Shown here piece after piece: positions 38,805-44,684 of a DNA stretch of 44,684 bases. Source of the stretch: Sulfurimonas sp. (GTDB lineage: Bacteria; Campylobacterota; Campylobacteria; Campylobacterales; Sulfurimonadaceae); contig JALUKS010000234.1 of the NCBI GenBank assembly GCA_027056465.1, positions 1 through 44,684 on the forward strand. Reading direction: 5' to 3'. The first letter of the stretch is position 1; every line of letters starts with the position of its first letter. The translations under genes were made by a program, and so were the position numbers. The notes under the pieces are model-generated. The model was not told where the DNA came from. It did no database searches and saw nothing but the letters and a program-made list of their open reading frames with translations.

Positions 38805-39545
38805 ATGCAAATATTTGGAAAGTTTACAACAAAATTTGATATGGACTTTATAAACGGTCACTATATCTACCTAAACGAAAATGAAGATGATAAAATCACT
38901 CCAGCAGATTTAGAAACAATGCTGAAGAAAAAACGTAAAACTGTTTGTGGAACAGTCATACTCTATAACCCTGAACTTACTCCAGTAGGTTACTCTATGA
39001 GCCACTTTTTACAAGAGGATGGCTTTGAGCAGTATGATGAGTTTGTCCCACTCACAGAAAATCCTATGAGCTACATCATAAATGCAGGACTCAAAAATAT
39101 TTATCCTGGTAAATTAGTAGAGATCAAGTATCTATTTGGCTATAATCGCTCGAACATAGCACCTACTCCTATCATTGAAGAGTTTGATGCTGACCTTGAC
39201 AAACTCTCATCAAGACAGTTCACTCGTTACGATAAAGAACTCAACTACCTTGATGTGCCAAATATTCGGCTAAGTGGTAAGTTTGTATTTTTTGGAATGG
39301 GACACAAATACGATAGACACCATAAAGCTATCAGTCACTATGCCCAATCACTTGCAGCACAGGTACGTAAACTCGACAAGCAGATAGTTTTTTTACACGA
39401 TAACAACTATGATATAGAGGAAGCCATAGACCTTGCATACTTCCTTTCGCCAGTTGCTACGGGAAAGATGAAAGAGATCCGAGCGAATGCTTTTAAAGAA
39501 GTCTTTAAAGAGTCTCCTCATAAAGTGGTGAAGATTAGACTTTAA
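38805..39545 (+). CDS. hypothetical cytoplasmic protein
   Basis: 246-aa ORF with GAGGA RBS and host-like codon style; no confident family. Confidence 0.75.
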   Translation: MQIFGKFTTKFDMDFINGHYIYLNENEDDKITPADLETMLKKKRKTVCGTVILYNPELTPVGYSMSHFLQEDGFEQYDEFVPLTENPMSYIINAGLKNIYPGKLVEIKYLFGYNRSNIAPTPIIEEFDADLDKLSSRQFTRYDKELNYLDVPNIRLSGKFVFFGMGHKYDRHHKAISHYAQSLAAQVRKLDKQIVFLHDNNYDIEEAIDLAYFLSPVATGKMKEIRANAFKEVFKESPHKVVKIRL

Positions 39546-39549
39546 GAGT

Positions 39550-40638
39550 CTAAAGCTTCTTCGCCCATCTTGCAAAAAATCTTGCAGGATGAATCCTCTT
39601 ACTTATCTCTTTATCTCCTAATATAAATGCAGCTAATATTTTAGCAAGATAAGGTGCAAGGACAAACCCATACCCACCACTTCCATTTATCATCGTAAGA
39701 TTTGGATAGTAAGTGTAAGCACTAAAGTCTGGTTTTTTTGTTTGAAAATGGATGTTTTTATTCTGTAGAGTCTCATGAGACATCACAAGTGGACCTACTA
39801 AAGGCATATAGTCAAAAGATCCTGAACGCAGACCCATGTAGTCCTTTGTAACTTCTATATTTTCTAGATGAATACTACGGGATGCTTTTTCTAGTAACTC
39901 CTCTCTCCCTGCTTCTATATTATACTCTTCAGTAGCAGTTTGAGGATGATAGTGAACATTATGGGTAGCACCGATTGCCAATTCACCCTCTTTACTCGGA
40001 GAAATAGAGACAAACTGATGGATAGAGTGAGGATTATTTGTAGTTGTTTTGACATCTATACGATGTCCCCAAACACCACGAAGTTTTATGTAGTGTTCAT
40101 TTAGTAGTGTTTTGTAAGCACCTGTTGCAAGTACTACTTCTTTGGCACTATAGGACTCGTTGATTATCCAAACGCCATCATCATACTCTAAGCTTACAAC
40201 TTCTTCTTGTTTCAAAGTAGCAGACTTACTGAGTGCTTCACACATAGGCTTGGCATTTACTATGCCTGCGTTTATTGAGATAGCCTCTCTTTCTAGCTGG
40301 GGTGCATCTAAAAGTTCTAAGTCAGTTTTCTTTTTATACACACGGAGGATGACATCATCTACTTCATCTTTTGCTATGTGCAAGAGTGGAGATTTTGTAA
40401 GAAGATGTGGAAAGTTTTTCTCATAAAAGTCTAGCGAATAGAGAAAGGCATCATGTAAAATATCTTTTAACTCTCCACTCTTAGAAAACTTCGGGCTAAT
40501 AAAAGCCCCAGCAGCTCCACTCCCACCAGAAGCGATGCCATCTGCATCAAAAAGGATGACTCTTTTACCTGCATTTGTAAGCTCATGAGTAATACATGAG
40601 CCGTTTATCCCAGCCCCTATAACTGCTATATCATACAA
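39550..40638 (-). CDS. FAD-dependent oxidoreductase resembling the MnmC C-terminal domain
   Basis: VIGAGING, ASGGSGAAGA, IGAT, R...DYMPLVG, G.GGYG...APYLA, RF. Confidence 0.8.
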   Translation of the reverse strand: MYDIAVIGAGINGSCITHELTNAGKRVILFDADGIASGGSGAAGAFISPKFSKSGELKDILHDAFLYSLDFYEKNFPHLLTKSPLLHIAKDEVDDVILRVYKKKTDLELLDAPQLEREAISINAGIVNAKPMCEALSKSATLKQEEVVSLEYDDGVWIINESYSAKEVVLATGAYKTLLNEHYIKLRGVWGHRIDVKTTTNNPHSIHQFVSISPSKEGELAIGATHNVHYHPQTATEEYNIEAGREELLEKASRSIHLENIEVTKDYMGLRSGSFDYMPLVGPLVMSHETLQNKNIHFQTKKPDFSAYTYYPNLTMINGSGGYGFVLAPYLAKILAAFILGDKEISKRIHPARFFARWAKKL

Positions 40639-40644
40639 AGAAGT

Positions 40645-42663
40645 TTATACACTCACTTCTTTTATATCTGCAATTTTTAAGATGCTTTTATAGATGTTAG
40701 CAACGAGTGCTTTACGGTTGTTTCTCACTGCCTCATTTTCAGCATTTACCATAACATTTTCAAAGAAACTATCAAGTTCAGGCTTAAGACCTAGAAGTGC
40801 ATCTAACTCCTCTTCATAAGAGCTATAGAGTTTATCTGAAACATCACTATATCGCTCAAAAAGTACTTTTTCAGCATCCTCTTCAAACTTTACAGAATCA
40901 ACATTTAGTTCTCTCTTTAAGTCTAAATCTTTAACGATATTTGCTACACGGTTAAAAGTTGCACTTACTTCTGTAAAACCTTCTGAATTGACAAGGCTGT
41001 TAAGTGCATCAATTTTTTGTCCCATATCATAGAGATCTCTTTCGCCAGAAGCAAGAACTGCTGCAACAATAGATGGGTTTACACTATAGTAGCGTTTAAT
41101 ACGCTCTAGTATAAAGTTCTCTAACTTTTCTAAATCTATCTCGGCATAGTTTGTAGCTAACTCTTTCATAGTCGTTACGATGTTAAAGTGAAAACCATAC
41201 TCATTAACTATGCGAACGATTCCATTTACTGCACGGCGGAGTGCAAATGGGTCACGAGAGCCTGTAGGGATTTGATTTGCTGAAAAGAGTGCTAAAAGTG
41301 TGTCAAGCTTAATGCTCATCGCTACCACTGCACTTAAAGGAGTAGAAGGAAGTGCACTCTCTTCACCATCAGGAAGATACTGCTCAGATATAGCAGTCGC
41401 TATCTCTCTATCTTCGCCCTGCTCTAGTGCATAGTATCCGCCCATAAGCCCTTGAAGCTCTGTAAACTCATAAACCATCTCACTCATAAGGTCAGCTTTT
41501 GCTAAGGATACAGCACGCTTAAGGTGCTCTTTTTTACAAGCTAAACCGAAAAGATCAAAAAGCTTCTCTGCTATCACACCCTCACGAGCTATCTTATCTG
41601 TCACAGTTCCAAGACCATTGAAGAAAGTGATTTTTTCTAGTCCCTCAGTAGAGAGACCGCGTTTGAGGTCGTTGTCCCAGAAGAAGAGTCCATCTGCTAA
41701 ACGCGGGCGAAGTACAACTTCATTTCCTTTGACAACCTCAGCGAAGTCATCAGTTAAAGCATTAGAGACTACGACAAACTTATTTGTGAGTTTACCATCT
41801 TGAAAAACAGGGAAGTAACGCTGATGCTCTTTCATAGAGGTAACGATGACCTCAGGTGGCAGTCTTAAAAATGCCTCATCAAAAGAGCCTAAAAGTGCAG
41901 TAGGATTTTCAGTAATCGCTACAACCTCTTCAAAAAGTTCTTCATCTATTTCTATAGCAAGACCACTCTCTTTCTCTATCTGTATGAAGTCAGACTTAAT
42001 TTTTTCAGCTCTCTCCTCTGGGAAAAGTGTAACACCACCCTCTTTAAGAGCTTTAAAATACTCTTTAGAACCAGCAACTTCTAAGGCACCAAACTTTGCT
42101 ATACGGTGAAGAAATGTACTCTTAGCAGAATCAACACCAAAAAGAGAAAGAGGTACTAACTCATCATTCATCATAACATTTACCCATCTAATAGGACGGA
42201 TAAAGCTATCAGAAGCACTTCCCCAACGCATGGTTTTTCCAAACTCTAAAGACTTAATCCACTTCTCTATAATCTCTGGAAGTAGCTCTGCTGAAGCTTG
42301 ACCTTTTACATCTTTTTTATAGTAAAGAACCTCTTTACCACCCTTATCTGCACTACTTAGCTCTTCAAGTGAAACGCCACACTTCTTTGCAAAACCATTA
42401 GCTGCGGGTGTAGGCTCGCCATCTTTATAAGCTACTGCTAATGGTGCTCCAAAGAACTCCTCTACACTATCTTCTTGTGCAGTTTTAAACTCTCTATGCC
42501 ACATAACTAAACGCCGAGGTGTATAGTAAAATTCAAACTCACCAAGAAGTGCATACTCTTCTAAGATTTTTGCATACTTTGTTTCAATGTTTTTCAACTC
42601 TTTTAAAAGGGGAACAGCCGGTAACTCTTCAACGCCGATTTCTATTAGTAGTGTTTTTAGCAT
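40645..42663 (-). CDS. glyS: glycine--tRNA ligase beta subunit
   Basis: LLIEIGVEELP, TPRRL, MRWG..FIRPIRW, HQRYF, EFTELQG, TGSRDPFALRR. Confidence 0.98.
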   Translation of the reverse strand: MLKTLLIEIGVEELPAVPLLKELKNIETKYAKILEEYALLGEFEFYYTPRRLVMWHREFKTAQEDSVEEFFGAPLAVAYKDGEPTPAANGFAKKCGVSLEELSSADKGGKEVLYYKKDVKGQASAELLPEIIEKWIKSLEFGKTMRWGSASDSFIRPIRWVNVMMNDELVPLSLFGVDSAKSTFLHRIAKFGALEVAGSKEYFKALKEGGVTLFPEERAEKIKSDFIQIEKESGLAIEIDEELFEEVVAITENPTALLGSFDEAFLRLPPEVIVTSMKEHQRYFPVFQDGKLTNKFVVVSNALTDDFAEVVKGNEVVLRPRLADGLFFWDNDLKRGLSTEGLEKITFFNGLGTVTDKIAREGVIAEKLFDLFGLACKKEHLKRAVSLAKADLMSEMVYEFTELQGLMGGYYALEQGEDREIATAISEQYLPDGEESALPSTPLSAVVAMSIKLDTLLALFSANQIPTGSRDPFALRRAVNGIVRIVNEYGFHFNIVTTMKELATNYAEIDLEKLENFILERIKRYYSVNPSIVAAVLASGERDLYDMGQKIDALNSLVNSEGFTEVSATFNRVANIVKDLDLKRELNVDSVKFEEDAEKVLFERYSDVSDKLYSSYEEELDALLGLKPELDSFFENVMVNAENEAVRNNRKALVANIYKSILKIADIKEVSV

Positions 42664-42846
42664 AGTTTTTTCTCTTTTTTATATAATTGTCGCGATTTTA
42701 TCTTTTTGTTGGTTAAAATCTCGTTAATTCTCTACTAAGTTTCAAAAAATAAAAAAAAACTTAAACAAGAGAGACATACTCTGATTTAAGTGAAGAGTAA
42801 ATGTTTTTATAGATACAATGCCACAAATAAAAAACAAGGATTTAAT

Positions 42847-43233
42847 ATGCCAAAAGTAAATGTATACGAAAATATCGACAATGTAGAGCGTGAAGCTAAA
42901 AAAGATTTAATCGACCGTCACTCACCATTCATCACAGTTGAAGGTGAAGCTAAGAAAGGTGAAACTTTAAAAGTTACTGTTACAATGGGTAACGAATATA
43001 CTCACCCAGATGATTTCGATCACTACATCGAATCTATCACTCTTTTCAATGGTGAAACTAAGTTAGCAATGGCTACTTTCGTACCAGGGACACTTGGAAA
43101 TGAGAAGTCTCATGCTGAAGTAACTTTCACTATCCGTCCAATGGGCAAAAAACTTAACCTTGTTGCACACGGTTACTGTACTAAGCACGGAATCTGGGAA
43201 TCAACTAAGGTTACTGTAGAAGTAGCTCAGTAA
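42847..43233 (+). CDS. superoxide reductase-like protein (class II SORL / neelaredoxin-type)
   Basis: DRHSP, THP...HYIE, YCTKHGIW iron ligands. Start at ATG 42847 after an AAGGA RBS. Confidence 0.88.
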   Translation: MPKVNVYENIDNVEREAKKDLIDRHSPFITVEGEAKKGETLKVTVTMGNEYTHPDDFDHYIESITLFNGETKLAMATFVPGTLGNEKSHAEVTFTIRPMGKKLNLVAHGYCTKHGIWESTKVTVEVAQ

Positions 43234-43247
43234 TTATCTCTTCCACA

Positions 43248-43270
43248 GTTAAGAGCTTCTGGCTCTTAAC
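43248..43270. terminator. stem-loop between convergent genes, probable intrinsic terminator
   Basis: GTTAAGAGC-TTCTG-GCTCTTAAC, a 9-bp perfect stem 14 nt after the stop; U-tract is weak. Confidence 0.6.
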
Positions 43271-43294
43271 ACACTCTCTTTTCATTAAGTATAT

Positions 43295-44684
43295 TTAAAT
43301 ATTTGCTTTATGAAGTGTCGGCTCATCAATGTAAAAGCCTTGTGAGTAGTCTATTCCCAACTCTTTTATCTTATCCATAACAACACTACAGTACACATAC
43401 TCTGCCACTGTTTTCATACCAAGTTTCTTTGCAAAAGAGACAATAGTTTCTACAACAATGAGAGAAGCCTTATCTATATGAATGTTTTCAATTAGTGATC
43501 CATCTATTTTTATATAGTCTGCCTTTATCTTAATAAGATACGAGAAATTTGAATAACCACTTCCAAAGTCATCTATAGCCACTTTCGCACCGTAACGTTT
43601 TATCTCATTTATAAACTTTTCAACCTTATTAAAGTCATTAATTGACTCAGACTCTAGAAGTTCAAAAGTCACTCTTTTAGAAGCAGAGGAACTCTTTAAT
43701 TTTTCTATCACAAAATAAAAAATATCACTATTCATAATATCTTCTATAGAGAGATTAATACTAAATTCTAAGTCATTATTTTCAAAAACAGCAAAAGACT
43801 TTTCTATCATCTGCATTGTTATCAGGTAATATGACTTAATTTTTTTCGCTATTGGAATAAAAACTAAAGGAGAAAGCACATTGGAATTTTCATCTAAGAG
43901 ACGTGCTAAACACTCATACTTTTCTATTTTTCCTGTTTTATTGTTAATGATAGCTTGAAAATAGGGAACAATTCTTGACTTAGAGATAGACTCTCTTACA
44001 ACTTCAGAGAGTTCAATATTGCGTTTGTAGTTATTTTCAAAGTTCATTCTATCTTCATAAATCCAAAAAGGCACACCTATCTCTTTTGCATATCCCAGTG
44101 CCATGGAAACCTTAGAAAAGATATTTTCTATGTTTGGTTCAGCAGAAGAAGCGAGTGTAAAATCTATAAATATTTTACTACTTTGATACCTTACAAAATA
44201 ACTATTAATCTTCTCATATATCTCGTTGAGATATTTTTTGAGTTCATAAAACTCTAATCGTTTTTCCATAGAAAAAGCGAACTCTGCTCCAGAGAGCCTA
44301 TAAACTTTATGTTCAGGTAGAGTCCCTTTGAGGTATTTTGCAATCTCTTCAATAACTAAATCCCCTATCACAAAACCATAAAAATTATTGATTGTTAGGA
44401 AGTTATCAATTTTTATAAGCACAAATCCTTGCTTTTCATCTGTTTGAAAATCTTTACGAAGTTGATATACATTTGGAAGATTTGTAAGATGATCAGTAAA
44501 GTAACGACTAAAGAGTTGATGTCTATAATTCCTTTCACTCTCATACTTTTTTAGATATAGTGTATAGAGTTCGCTCAGCACTACTGCATCATAATCTTCA
44601 CTCTTGTGAGCATGCTTAAGAGAAAAAATATTAATTTTACTTTTTGTTTTATCATCATGTTTTAAGAGTTCAATTTTAGCATTT
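43295..44684 (-). CDS. GGDEF-EAL protein, probable c-di-GMP phosphodiesterase (5' end outside window)
   Basis: Degenerate GGDEF (SGAEF); EAL domain with ECLAR, SINLS, FELLE, IDDFGSGYS, KIDGS, AEYV, SQG. Frame is open to the window edge. Confidence 0.92.
   Translation of the reverse strand, partial: NAKIELLKHDDKTKSKINIFSLKHAHKSEDYDAVVLSELYTLYLKKYESERNYRHQLFSRYFTDHLTNLPNVYQLRKDFQTDEKQGFVLIKIDNFLTINNFYGFVIGDLVIEEIAKYLKGTLPEHKVYRLSGAEFAFSMEKRLEFYELKKYLNEIYEKINSYFVRYQSSKIFIDFTLASSAEPNIENIFSKVSMALGYAKEIGVPFWIYEDRMNFENNYKRNIELSEVVRESISKSRIVPYFQAIINNKTGKIEKYECLARLLDENSNVLSPLVFIPIAKKIKSYYLITMQMIEKSFAVFENNDLEFSINLSIEDIMNSDIFYFVIEKLKSSSASKRVTFELLESESINDFNKVEKFINEIKRYGAKVAIDDFGSGYSNFSYLIKIKADYIKIDGSLIENIHIDKASLIVVETIVSFAKKLGMKTVAEYVYCSVVMDKIKELGIDYSQGFYIDEPTLHKANI

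Noticed and set aside
812-42109. Numerous 60-123 aa ORFs nested in or antisense to confident genes
   Set aside because: Shadow frames of well-supported CDSs; no motifs or RBS
42744-42759. Poly-A runs as phase-variation tracts
   Set aside because: Short A/T runs are expected at this AT content; no long poly-G/C tract was seen in the window
42790-42846. GTG-started extension of the SOR-like gene
   Set aside because: ATG 42847 has an AAGGA RBS; the extension covers the likely promoter region
1-44684. CRISPR array, rRNA/tRNA genes, transposase or integrase
   Set aside because: No regularly spaced repeats or recognisable motifs found by eye; a covariance-model scan would be needed to exclude small RNAs

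Overview
AT-rich bacterial chromosome segment. Gene order and protein style point to Campylobacterota, probably a Sulfurimonas-like organism (inference). Most of it is housekeeping backbone: trpB, pepA, a DEAD-box helicase, mog, bioV, an FtsH-like ATPase, mtaB, an MscS channel, aroB, trmA, fliP, motAB, glmU, coaBC, uppS, prepilin peptidase, lptF, truA, glyS, a superoxide-reductase-like protein and a GGDEF-EAL protein. Two accessory zones stand out. (1) About 3.84-10.5 kb holds a metE remnant, a Pif1-like helicase, a HEAT-repeat protein, a DEDDy exonuclease with an early amber codon, and a BcgI-like (type IIB-like) restriction-modification pair. (2) About 24.8-33.0 kb holds lipid-carrier envelope glycosylation genes on both sides of glmU. 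The strongest signal is at the R-M junction. The RM gene ends on a G_GGA_AAG slippery heptamer. The S-subunit frame opens in the -1 frame exactly at that heptamer, and a 13-bp stem-loop begins 5 nt downstream. This looks like a complete programmed -1 ribosomal frameshift cassette yielding RM plus an RM-S fusion. No rRNA, tRNA, CRISPR array or transposase was recognised.
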